DNA of 64,000 nucleotides from a virus (taxonomy: Duplodnaviria; Heunggongvirae; Uroviricota; Caudoviricetes): positions 111,843-175,842 of the IMG/VR virus record IMGVR_UViG_3300028048_000051. One strand, 5' to 3'. Numbering within the stretch: position 1 is the first letter of the stretch; each line of letters begins with the position of its first letter. Both the position numbers and the translations under genes were made by a program. This document shows positions 55,327 to 63,161 of this stretch, piece after piece. The notes under the pieces are model-generated. The model did not search any database and had not been told where the DNA came from. It saw only the letters and a program-made list of their open reading frames with translations.

Positions 55327-55565
55327 TGCTACGTATACTGTTGGTGTTGGGACTCACGTTTGCGCTGTGGTGGACTGTCTACAGGTTTCTGCTGAGACGG
55401 TTCATACGCGTACGCAGTGAGTTGGAAGACGAAGACGAACCCTGCGAGGGTCGTCTTTATGAACTGAAGGAAAAGCGAAACAAACTCAAAGCCGACTGTG
55501 CGGAGGCGCAGAAGGCAGCCGCCCGTAAGATCAAAGAGGCGGAGAAGATCAAAAAAGCACTATGA
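55323..55565 (+). CDS. small membrane protein with charged coiled-coil tail
   Basis: MMLRILLVLGLTFALWWTVYRFLL... Confidence 0.45.
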   Translation: MMLRILLVLGLTFALWWTVYRFLLRRFIRVRSELEDEDEPCEGRLYELKEKRNKLKADCAEAQKAAARKIKEAEKIKKAL

Positions 55566-56764
55566 GCAAAAAGAAAAAGGAGGATAACAGAATGAATCAG
55601 AAAGGTATTGTGGCTATCATAGCCGTGGTCGTGGCGCTCGTGTTGGCGCTCATCATCAGCAATGTGTTTCTGCACAGCAACAACGTGCAGAACTTCCAGG
55701 TCATCCAATCCATTACCGGTGACATCGAGGTTCGTCATGACGGTGGATACTACTTCCGGGTGCTGCCCAAGATTTGGACGTACCCGAAGGTCAACACCGT
55801 GTTTTTCTCCAACGAGACGCAGGAGAGCAAAGAACGCGACGGCGTGCAGGTCCGCTTCTCCAACAAGGGCGAAGGCGATGTCTCCTGCCAGGTGGTGTAT
55901 CGTCTGTACACCGAGCAGGAATCCATCAAGCGGATGCACAACTATGCCGGCGGCAATATCGATGTGGTCGACAACCTGGTGTTGTCGAAGCTTAAGGATA
56001 TCGCCATGACCTGTGCCGCCAATATCACTTCCAGTCAGGCCATCGAGAACCGCGAGGAGTTTGCCAGCAACATCCGAAAGCTGTTTGTGAACAATCCGGA
56101 ACTCAAGGCTACCGGTATCGTTGTCGAACAGTTCTCGATCACGAAGATCAATTTCGACAAGATCACCACCGACCTGTTCCAGGCGCAACAGAAGGCAGAC
56201 CTGCAGAAGAAGACCGCGGAGGCCGAAAAGCAGAATCTGCTCATGCAGAAGGAGCGCACTGTTGCCCAATATGAACAGCAGGTTGCCGAGTCCAAGGGTA
56301 AGGCCGAGGTCGAGAAGATCAAGGCAGTGACCGACGCTCAGCGGCAGAAGGAACTTGCCGAGATCAAGGCTCAACAGGAAGTTGCTGTTGCCGAGCTCGC
56401 CAAGAAGCAGGCTACGGTTGAGGCCCAGAAGAAGCTGGAAGTTGCTGAAATTCAGAAAAAGGAAGAGGCTGCCAAGCTCGAAGTCATCCGTATTCAGGCC
56501 GAACAGAAGGTGGCCGCGGCAAAGGCACGTGAGCAGGAGATCAAGCTGTCCGGCGCCATGACCGAGCAGGAGAAGGTGCGGCTGGAGATCGAGAAGGAAA
56601 CCCGCATCGGAGTGGCCAAGGCGTGGGCCGACGGCATATCCCGTATGACCCTGCCGAGTACGGTCATGCTGGGTTCCGGAGCCAACGGATCTCCGGTCGG
56701 CGATTTGATCAATTTGATGACGGTCGAGAAGGCCAAAGCACTTGCCGCGAAGCCGAGCAAGTAA
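55562..56764 (+). CDS. SPFH/band-7 (flotillin/YqiK-like) membrane protein with long coiled coil
   Basis: N-terminal transmembrane segment, a beta-rich SPFH-like core, then Ala/Glu/Lys/Gln heptad repeats. Confidence 0.55.
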   Translation: MSKKKKEDNRMNQKGIVAIIAVVVALVLALIISNVFLHSNNVQNFQVIQSITGDIEVRHDGGYYFRVLPKIWTYPKVNTVFFSNETQESKERDGVQVRFSNKGEGDVSCQVVYRLYTEQESIKRMHNYAGGNIDVVDNLVLSKLKDIAMTCAANITSSQAIENREEFASNIRKLFVNNPELKATGIVVEQFSITKINFDKITTDLFQAQQKADLQKKTAEAEKQNLLMQKERTVAQYEQQVAESKGKAEVEKIKAVTDAQRQKELAEIKAQQEVAVAELAKKQATVEAQKKLEVAEIQKKEEAAKLEVIRIQAEQKVAAAKAREQEIKLSGAMTEQEKVRLEIEKETRIGVAKAWADGISRMTLPSTVMLGSGANGSPVGDLINLMTVEKAKALAAKPSK

Positions 56765-56813
56765 GACATTCATCGAACAATGGCCCTATAGAAAAACAGG
56801 CCAATATTTCTGC

Positions 56814-56846
56814 AAACACCGGGGTAACTCCCGGTGTTTGTTTTTA
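56814..56846 (+). terminator. rho-independent terminator
   Basis: AAACACCGGG / CCCGGTGTTT 10-bp stem then GTTTTT. Confidence 0.55.
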
Positions 56847-56923
56847 TGCCCACAGTGGGCAGAACAAATCGGGCTTTCAGTCCGTGCCGCCGGAAGCGGT
56901 AATAATCATAACGAGAGTATGAA

Positions 56924-57172
56924 GTGGGTAACAACAGAAAAAGTATCTTCCATTTGTGGAAGTCCATAGGTGCCACGAGAAAATTGCGCAAGATGGGCGC
57001 AGGACGTGGTGTGTATTGTCTGTACTATGAAATAGACGGTAAGCCGCTATACTGCATCCGCTGTACCAGACGTGATTCAAGGATAGTGGCTTATACGGAT
57101 CTGGAAGGAGCGTACTCGCTATGGAAATATTGTCCCTGCGCACCAAGGGTTGTGTCACGCTGGGGATGTTGA
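56924..57172 (+). CDS. hypothetical small Cys-rich protein
   Basis: 82-aa ORF followed directly by a strong terminator; weak ribosome-binding site. Confidence 0.3.
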   Translation: MGNNRKSIFHLWKSIGATRKLRKMGAGRGVYCLYYEIDGKPLYCIRCTRRDSRIVAYTDLEGAYSLWKYCPCAPRVVSRWGC

Positions 57173-57182
57173 AAATTTGACA

Positions 57183-57217
57183 GTCCTTCCGATGGATACG
57201 GGAGGACTTTTTTTTTT
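57183..57217 (+). terminator. rho-independent terminator (T10 tract)
   Basis: GTCCTTCCG / CGGGAGGAC stem with one G·U pair, then TTTTTTTTTT. Confidence 0.6.
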
Positions 57218-57350
57218 ACTCTTCGTCAGTCAGGCCGAGAAGGATCTCCATCGCCAGCACCACAGCAGGGTCTACGCATTCACATGGAGTGTACTCTTCG
57301 TCTTCGTCCGCCTTCAGGAATTCAGTTAGTTCCAGGACATCCCCGAACAT
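57216..57350 (-). CDS. small acidic protein (44 aa) immediately downstream of the sigma factor gene; candidate sigma-associated or anti-sigma factor
   Basis: MFGDVLELTEFLKADEDEEYTPCECVDPAVVLAMEILLGLTDEE. Same frame as the sigma gene and one codon after its stop (TGA ACG ATG), with AAGGGG ribosome-binding site. Confidence 0.35.
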   Translation of the reverse strand: MFGDVLELTEFLKADEDEEYTPCECVDPAVVLAMEILLGLTDEE

Positions 57351-57353
57351 CGT

Positions 57354-58211
57354 TCACACCCCTTCATGTCTGCCGGTGATTCCATCTGCCAACAGGCGTT
57401 TCTTCAGTGTTGCCAGTTCCTGCTGAAGGAATGCCTCGGTGTTTCTTATGGACATGCCGATCTCTTGGGCCACTACCTTAATAGGCCATGTCTTTTTGCC
57501 CATACCGAAAAACAACTCCACAGCCAATTTACCGCGGTCAGACAGTTGATCTATGTGTTTCTGCAGAGTTTTAACGAGCATTTCGTTATATGCAGCATCC
57601 TGAGGATCCTCGCATTCTGCACACAGCACGTCTCCAAACGTAAGTTCTTCATCCTCTTTGATTTTCTCATCTAACGAGCACGCGTGTACAGCAGCGTATT
57701 TGAGTGTCTTTACTGTGCCGAGTCCGATGTTGGACAGTGCGGCGAGTTCTTCATCGTCCGGCAGTCTGTCGAATTCACGTACAAAGGCCGCTTTTGCCTG
57801 TTCTATCTTGTGCAGTTGTCCTGTGGTTTGCGTAGACAGTTTCACTGCGTGCGCTTGTGCAGATATCGCCAAACGCATGGTCTGTTTGATCCAGTATGAA
57901 GCATAGGCTCCGAACTTAGGGCACTTGGAGGGATCGAAGCGTTGTGCTGCGATGATGAGTCCTAGATTACCTTCGGATACGAGATCCTGAAATCCAAGTC
58001 CGCAGTATTTCAGGTCGTGGGCTATCTTCACAACTAATCGCAGATTACCGGTGACAAGTTCGTTGATTGCGTTGGTGCGCTCTTCAGGAGTACCATGTTG
58101 GATGATCTCTGCGAGTTCCGTTTCGCGGGAACGGACGATGCGCGGGAACTGATTGATGCTGCGTACGTACCTGTTTACTGATTCGATCGGCGCCGCTGCT
58201 GTCTGTGTCAT
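57354..58211 (-). CDS. sigma-70 family RNA polymerase sigma factor
   Basis: Regions 2 (ELVTGNLRLVVKIAHDL...YASYWIKQ), 3 and 4 (helix-turn-helix near the C-terminus). AGGAGGAAGTACC ribosome-binding site before the ATG. Confidence 0.85.
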   Translation of the reverse strand: MTQTAAAPIESVNRYVRSINQFPRIVRSRETELAEIIQHGTPEERTNAINELVTGNLRLVVKIAHDLKYCGLGFQDLVSEGNLGLIIAAQRFDPSKCPKFGAYASYWIKQTMRLAISAQAHAVKLSTQTTGQLHKIEQAKAAFVREFDRLPDDEELAALSNIGLGTVKTLKYAAVHACSLDEKIKEDEELTFGDVLCAECEDPQDAAYNEMLVKTLQKHIDQLSDRGKLAVELFFGMGKKTWPIKVVAQEIGMSIRNTEAFLQQELATLKKRLLADGITGRHEGV

Positions 58212-58345
58212 GGTACTTCCTCCTACTGTATGGCTATGACGCTGATAAAGTATACTACTTAAAGTTGATAATTTCAAGTCGAAAACGACTTAATTTCAAA
58301 GGTTTTTTCGGCATAATATAATGGAACGAAAGTTCCAAAAGTAAA

Positions 58346-58365
58346 TTTTGTACTTAAGTACAAAA
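58346..58365. promoter_or_regulatory. perfect 20-bp palindrome TTTTGTACTTAAGTACAAAA (candidate operator) in a divergent promoter region
   Basis: Seen directly; lies 5 nt upstream of the AAGTATAACCCA motif, between the sigma gene and 58401. Confidence 0.45.
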
Positions 58366-58369
58366 TCAA

Positions 58370-58381
58370 AAGTATAACCCA
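58370..58381 (+). promoter_or_regulatory. conserved promoter-like motif AAGTATAACCCA (copy 1 of 4), 8 nt upstream of AGGAGGGTA
   Basis: Repeated at 59223, 60523 and 61856 at fixed distance from ribosome-binding site and ATG. Confidence 0.5.
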
Positions 58382-58400
58382 AACACAGGAGGGTACAAAA

Positions 58401-58769
58401 ATGAGTATGACCGCTACGTTGTTTCTGAAACTCGAAAAGGAGTTTTGCTCCGAAACATATTTTGACTTTCATGGCGTTCCGGCGCTTAAGCGCAAAATCG
58501 CCAGTCTTCGCAAGTTCATTCAGTCGTGCAGGTCATGGCTGGACAAAGAAACCTCGGATGATCTCAAACTAAAGCTCAAGGCTGCTGAAGCCGAGCTCGA
58601 CCGACGTCTGAATCCCGACATACCTTGTCGGGACTGCCGTCAATATCGTGTTGTCTGGAATTACCTGGACAATTGTCCGGAAGAGGTTCGGAACTGCCGT
58701 CGTGCATGGCAGAGTCATCCCTTCAAATGTCCGCGGAGAGTACACGGCGAAAAGAAGGAGGGCAGATGA
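58401..58769 (+). CDS. hypothetical protein
   Basis: ORF downstream of the motif and ribosome-binding site. Confidence 0.5.
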   Translation: MSMTATLFLKLEKEFCSETYFDFHGVPALKRKIASLRKFIQSCRSWLDKETSDDLKLKLKAAEAELDRRLNPDIPCRDCRQYRVVWNYLDNCPEEVRNCRRAWQSHPFKCPRRVHGEKKEGR

Positions 58770-59080
58770 TGGACTGGAGTGCTCTTTTTCAAAAACCAGC
58801 GCGGGAGCGCAAAGCACTCCGCGAACTGGATCTTGCGGATAAACTGGTCAGTTGGGGGACGGATCATATCTGGATCGCCAACGCCAAGTACCCGGTCACG
58901 TACATCAACGTGGCCAGGGACGTTGTTGACGGCGAATCGGTTATGCAGGCCGGAGATATCCGGTTCGCATACCGTAATAATGACAACCAGTGGTTGGATG
59001 GTATTGCCAGTCGCTACAAAACCGATGCGTGCATCGGTCATCCTGCCGCATGGCGGTGGGAGATAAAATTTTTCCACTGA
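58766..59080 (+). CDS. hypothetical protein
   Basis: Internal ATGATG of ORF 58625, preceded by AAGGAGGG. Confidence 0.5.
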   Translation: MMDWSALFQKPARERKALRELDLADKLVSWGTDHIWIANAKYPVTYINVARDVVDGESVMQAGDIRFAYRNNDNQWLDGIASRYKTDACIGHPAAWRWEIKFFH

Positions 59081-59222
59081 ACAAAAAAAAAAACAGGCTT
59101 GGGCAGTGCCGTTAAACTGCCCACCGTCCAGGCGGGTCGTTCCCGTCTGCCGATGAGCCAACGATCCGCAAAACAGCGGTAAAGGCGAAACGGTAACGTC
59201 GTTACGGTCATTGTTCAGCCGT

Positions 59223-59234
59223 AACGATTCACAA
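59223..59234 (+). promoter_or_regulatory. AAGTATAACCCA motif copy 2
   Basis: acaAGTATAACCCAaacataAGGAGGGTAcatcATG. Confidence 0.5.
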
Positions 59235-59263
59235 GTATAACCCAAACATAAGGAGGGTACATC

Positions 59264-60283
59264 ATGAACGTCAACACCAACACCATTAACAACAACGTCA
59301 TCAGCTGCCGTGATCTCGAGCTTCCGTTCAACGAGGCTCTGCTCACAGCCAACGAGAAGCTCTTCATCGAGAAGGGCTGGGACGGCGAGGCCTGCCTCAA
59401 GACCGCGCTGCGTTTCGAAGATGTGGTTGCCGTCCACGACGGCGAGTTCCACAGCGATGAGGTTCTGAGCCTCGCGCTGTTGGTAGTATTCGCGGGGCTG
59501 GACCCCGAACAGCGGATGCGGACCCGCGATCCGAAGAAGCTCATGGACGCCGACCTCCGGGTCGACGTGGGCGAAGGCCTCCTCGACCATCACGGCGCTC
59601 GTGCCACCACCGGAGTAGCGGCCTGCAGCCGGGTGTTCGCGTTGTTGAGAAACACCGGAGTTTTCCGTAAACTAGCGCTGTCGACCAGGGCGGTAGACGC
59701 CCTGGTCGACCTGGTCGATCGGGTAGCCGCGGTCGACACCGGCGATCCCAATGCCGAGGGGCACTGGATCATCGACATGGTCCAGACTTTTAATCGGGCC
59801 ACTACAGTAATAACTGGAGAAGATTTCTTCGACCGCGCCGTAGCGGCGGTCGTCGACGCTCTTCAATGCATCATCGGCATTGCCGATGCCGAGGCGATCG
59901 CAACCAATGCGGCGCTTGATGCGATCGTGGCCGCTGACGGGGATGCCGTCGTGGCATTCCCGGCGGAAGCCCGGGCGGCGAAGTGCAAGGAGCTGTTGTG
60001 GAAACACGCGAAGGACTGCGTGTACTACGTCAGCCCCGAGAGTCCTGACGATTGGCGCATTCTTTGCGCCGCGGCTCCGGAAGTCAGCCCCGCGGACGGA
60101 AAGGCATTCGCTTTCTCCAGCCGTCGACTGATCCCGGAGAGATTCCGAGGACTTCGCGGAGAACAACTCTCGGAGGTCACCGGCATCGACGGAGGCATCT
60201 TCAGCCACGCGGCAGGTTTTATCGCGGGTTTCAAGACTCGCGAGGCGGCAATCCATTTCGCGGTGCTTTGTCTCCGCGACTGA
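59264..60283 (+). CDS. MYG1/UPF0160-like metal-dependent hydrolase family protein (high-GC gene)
   Basis: VAVHDGEFHSDEVLSLALL resembles the MYG1 signature THNGTFHCDEALACALL. GC content is clearly above the surrounding genome. Confidence 0.4.
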   Translation: MNVNTNTINNNVISCRDLELPFNEALLTANEKLFIEKGWDGEACLKTALRFEDVVAVHDGEFHSDEVLSLALLVVFAGLDPEQRMRTRDPKKLMDADLRVDVGEGLLDHHGARATTGVAACSRVFALLRNTGVFRKLALSTRAVDALVDLVDRVAAVDTGDPNAEGHWIIDMVQTFNRATTVITGEDFFDRAVAAVVDALQCIIGIADAEAIATNAALDAIVAADGDAVVAFPAEARAAKCKELLWKHAKDCVYYVSPESPDDWRILCAAAPEVSPADGKAFAFSSRRLIPERFRGLRGEQLSEVTGIDGGIFSHAAGFIAGFKTREAAIHFAVLCLRD

Positions 60284-60295
60284 TTTAATGATCGG

Positions 60296-60375
60296 GGGGC
60301 CGGAAGAGGTTCGACGGGGCGCAAAGCCAAAGCGCAAAGCTCCGGACAGGGATTCGATTCCCCTCGGCTCCACCA
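60296..60375 (+). ncRNA. tmRNA tRNA-like-domain mimic (5' and 3' tmRNA termini fused, about 80 nt, genomically encoded CCA, G3·U70 acceptor pair)
   Basis: GGGGCCGGAAGAGGUUCGACGGGG... resembles the tmRNA 5' end GGGGCUGAUUCUGGAUUCGACGGG. ...GGACAGGGAUUCGAUUCCCCUCGGCUCCACCA resembles the tmRNA 3' end GGACGCGGGUUCAACUCCCGCCAGCUCCACCA. No mRNA-like domain. Confidence 0.45.
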
Positions 60376-60388
60376 ATTCTTTCATGGG

Positions 60389-60461
60389 GGCGCGGTAGCT
60401 CAAAGGTAGAGCTCTCGACGCTTAATCGAGCGGGTGAAGGTTCGAGTCCTTCCTGCGCCCC
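60389..60461 (+). tRNA. tRNA (anticodon-loop positions give CUU = Lys, but with unusual G at position 33)
   Basis: Acceptor GGCGCGG/CUGCGCC; U8A9; D-stem GCUC/GAGC; anticodon stem CUCGA/UCGAG with loop CGCUUAA; T-arm GAAGG-UUCGAGU-CCUUC. Confidence 0.65.
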
Positions 60462-60522
60462 CGTCATTTTATAAATCAATATGGACGTCATCCACGGTGG
60501 GTGGCGTCCTTTTTATTTCCCA

Positions 60523-60533
60523 AAGTATAACCA
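60523..60533 (+). promoter_or_regulatory. AAGTATAACC(A) motif copy 3
   Basis: cccaAAGTATAACCAAGGAGaataaaaATG. Confidence 0.45.
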
Positions 60534-60545
60534 AGGAGAATAAAA

Positions 60546-61088
60546 ATGAAGAAGGTTTTTTCAATGTTTTTGGCGCTCATTTGCGCCGTTACCGTCTTTG
60601 CCGGATTCCCGGCCAACATATACATCGCGGATCCACAGGACGTCGCGTCCGTGGTGTCCAAACTGCAGAAGCAGCAGAACGCCGAAACAGTGTACGTCGA
60701 AACCTTTATGCAGGGTTTCCGCGCTGGCTTCACAATAGCCAGTGACAAGGAGTTGGGAACTCTCGAACTGCGGTACGTTCGTAAGAAGGTAGAGGAGTTC
60801 GTGGCTACTAAGCTGGTTCCGGTCCTGAAGCGGGATGGCTTTTATGAAGACTGGCGAAAGGCCCAGTTTGATCCGGAGCAGATCTTCATGGTCGAGGACG
60901 TTGTACAGATGTATCTCGATCATGAGGCTTACTCCCCTAAGGAGCTGATGGCTAAAATAGAAAAGCATGTGGCCATCATGAGGAAGAAGCATCCTGTCAT
61001 AAAGATGATGGAAAACGATCCCAAATACGTGGGTATGATCGTTATCCTGAACAGAGATATCGTCGCCCACTTCAAACAGGACAAGTGA
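60546..61088 (+). CDS. secreted protein with signal peptide
   Basis: MKKVFSMFLALICAVTVFAGFPA... Confidence 0.5.
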   Translation: MKKVFSMFLALICAVTVFAGFPANIYIADPQDVASVVSKLQKQQNAETVYVETFMQGFRAGFTIASDKELGTLELRYVRKKVEEFVATKLVPVLKRDGFYEDWRKAQFDPEQIFMVEDVVQMYLDHEAYSPKELMAKIEKHVAIMRKKHPVIKMMENDPKYVGMIVILNRDIVAHFKQDK

Positions 61089-61214
61089 TCATGGCCAAGG
61101 TCAAAATGGTACTTTGTTTCGCGGTCGGAGATTTCTTCGACTTCGCCGGTTGCGGTATTTGTGCGGCTCGTTGGTACCTGCGCGGTGCCAATTGCATCAA
61201 GGGAGGTGACTACA

Positions 61215-61658
61215 ATGAGTAACCATCTCACTTTTGATGAAGCAGTCAACGACGGCAGTTTCATTCTCAGGTTCCTGATGCAAGGCCTGGAGACCGGTAA
61301 GAGCATTACTCCGGAGCAGGCCATCCGCAACGGTGAGAAGATATTCGCCAAGATCAGGGCGAAGGGCATCACCGGAGCAGATGTCACCTTGCTACGTGCC
61401 TACAAGGCCATAGTGCAGGCCGAGTACATCATCAGGTCTTGTCCGGAAGACGCTCCGTTGCCGGCGCGTATTCTTGGCACTCTCGCCAAGGAAACGCAAC
61501 AGGCGATCATCCGCACTTGGACCTTCAAGGGTCCTGGTAACGACGACCGGTGTCGCGACGCCAGGTTCCGGGCATTGAAAGAGATAGAGTTCAGGTTGAG
61601 GGTCATTCAGCAGATCTTCAACAAACTGGGCTACGATATGGGGGATACGGAACAATGA
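61215..61658 (+). CDS. hypothetical protein
   Basis: Internal ATG of ORF 61161, preceded by GGGAGGTGAC. Confidence 0.5.
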   Translation: MSNHLTFDEAVNDGSFILRFLMQGLETGKSITPEQAIRNGEKIFAKIRAKGITGADVTLLRAYKAIVQAEYIIRSCPEDAPLPARILGTLAKETQQAIIRTWTFKGPGNDDRCRDARFRALKEIEFRLRVIQQIFNKLGYDMGDTEQ

Positions 61659-61780
61659 ATAATCTCCCTGCTTGGACTCAGGCACTCTTGCTGATTACCG
61701 GTATTACGCTGATAGTTATCGGCGTAGCCGGTGCGTTTGACAAGGCCGAGAAGGATTACGAAGATCCTGATCGGTGGTAA
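61655..61780 (+). CDS. small membrane peptide (41 aa)
   Basis: MNNLPAWTQALLLITGITLIVIGVAGAF... Confidence 0.3.
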   Translation: MNNLPAWTQALLLITGITLIVIGVAGAFDKAEKDYEDPDRW

Positions 61781-61855
61781 TGTAAAGTATCTCGGAAGCA
61801 TGGCGCCCTATCCCCATTGGGGCGATCTCCTCCGTGCTTCCGAGATTTTTCTTTT

Positions 61856-61867
61856 AAGTATAACCCA
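61856..61867 (+). promoter_or_regulatory. AAGTATAACCCA motif copy 4
   Basis: ttttAAGTATAACCCAGGAGGGTAaacacaaATG. Confidence 0.5.
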
Positions 61868-61882
61868 GGAGGGTAAACACAA

Positions 61883-62248
61883 ATGAGTGAAGTCAAAAAA
61901 GAGCAACCCACGTTGATCGAAGGCCGTTGGTATTGGGTGAAGAAACATCACGCGGTACCGGAATGCGCCTTGTATGGAACCAAGGACGGCATCAGAGGGT
62001 TCCATCTGATATATGAAGACGACAAGGTCTACCAGTTGGAAGACTTCGAGCTCTTCATCGGAGAGGCAATCAACCCGGCGTTGAAGAAAATATACAACAT
62101 CCTGAAGAAGGATATTAAAGCCAAGTTGGCCGATGTGGAGCTGCGCATGCTATATAACCACGTTTGTCGCAACACTTGCGTGGTGGAAGGCTGTCCGGAA
62201 TCCCAGATGAGGGAGTGTTTCCTCGTCAGAATGAAGAAAAATTTGTAA
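61883..62248 (+). CDS. hypothetical protein
   Basis: ORF downstream of the motif and ribosome-binding site. Confidence 0.5.
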   Translation: MSEVKKEQPTLIEGRWYWVKKHHAVPECALYGTKDGIRGFHLIYEDDKVYQLEDFELFIGEAINPALKKIYNILKKDIKAKLADVELRMLYNHVCRNTCVVEGCPESQMRECFLVRMKKNL

Positions 62249-62354
62249 CAGATGTCGTTACTTATTGTCGGGAGCCATCGTTCCGGCTCCCTCCAATAAG
62301 TACAACATCGTAAAATGCCTGCTTACGCAAGGCTAGACAAAGGAGAATCATGAG

Positions 62355-62573
62355 ATGAAAAATATAATCAAAAAAATCAATGACTGTGTGGAAAATATAA
62401 AGAAAAGCCTACTGCCGCGGTGTATCCACAAGTGGACTCTTTACAGAGGCCATTATTATGTGGACAACGACGGAAATCGTCATGTGGTGGTGCGTTGCAA
62501 CAAGTGCGGCGCCATGATGACGTCGTTCGGAGTACTGCGTCCGGAAGAGCTCATCAGCGTGAAGGAGGCGTAG
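62355..62573 (+). CDS. hypothetical small Zn-ribbon-like protein
   Basis: ORF with AAAGGAGAATC ribosome-binding site. Confidence 0.5.
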   Translation: MKNIIKKINDCVENIKKSLLPRCIHKWTLYRGHYYVDNDGNRHVVVRCNKCGAMMTSFGVLRPEELISVKEA

Positions 62574-62575
62574 TA

Positions 62576-62611
62576 TGGGATTCAAAACATTTACTTGCGT
62601 CATCTGCGGCT
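62576..62611 (+). repeat. direct repeat copy 1: truncated duplicate of the 5' end of gene 63126 (encodes MGFKTFTCVICG then stop)
   Basis: ATGGGATTCAAAACATTTACTTGCGTCATCTGCGGC versus ATGGGATTCAAGACTTTCACCTGTGTCATCTGCGGC at 63126. Confidence 0.5.
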
Positions 62612-62652
62612 AATCTCTCCTAAAAGGAGGATTAAAAAAAAGGAGTAACGAC

Positions 62653-63105
62653 ATGGATTTCAAGCGCATCATGAAGTACATCATTCCGGTTGAGAAGCAG
62701 ATTCCCACCGGTGATGTCGATGAGCAGAGTCTGTTTTATCAAAAGGTCGAAGGCCGGTGGGAGTTGGTTTACGACTATTATCGCGACAGTGCCGGTCATG
62801 AGTATGAGAATCAGAGAATCGGTAATCTTCCGCGAATCGAAGATAATCTTCCGCACAACGGAATTCGTACGATCAATCCGACTGTTGATTATAACGGTAA
62901 CATGGCGATCGTGATCGAGGGAACGATCTCCTATGACGGCGATAACATCATGAATGACAACTTCCGTCTGCGCACGGAGATCAAGGAGCAGATGATGTTC
63001 GAAGTTCAGCGGATTTTCGACGAGGCTCGTAGCCGCATTCGTGAGCAGAAGAAACGTCTTGACGATCTGCTTGCCAAATATGAGCATCTTCCGATCAAGG
63101 GCTAA
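62653..63105 (+). CDS. hypothetical protein (cassette between direct repeats)
   Basis: ORF with AAAAAAGGAGTAACGAC ribosome-binding site. Confidence 0.5.
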   Translation: MDFKRIMKYIIPVEKQIPTGDVDEQSLFYQKVEGRWELVYDYYRDSAGHEYENQRIGNLPRIEDNLPHNGIRTINPTVDYNGNMAIVIEGTISYDGDNIMNDNFRLRTEIKEQMMFEVQRIFDEARSRIREQKKRLDDLLAKYEHLPIKG

Positions 63106-63125
63106 CAAACAATGAGGAGATCAAA

Positions 63126-63161
63126 ATGGGATTCAAGACTTTCACCTGTGTCATCTGCGGC
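63126..63161 (+). repeat. direct repeat copy 2 (intact 5' end of gene 63126..63926)
   Basis: See copy 1. Confidence 0.5.

Noticed and set aside
55457-56773. 438-aa minus-strand ORF antisense to the SPFH gene
   Set aside because: Leu-rich mirror image of the Lys/Glu/Ala coiled-coil codon repeats, with no ribosome-binding site; an artefact.
60296-60375. Complete tmRNA (ssrA) gene
   Set aside because: Only the tRNA-like domain ends are present (about 80 nt); there is no mRNA-like tag ORF with a stop, and no pseudoknot region.
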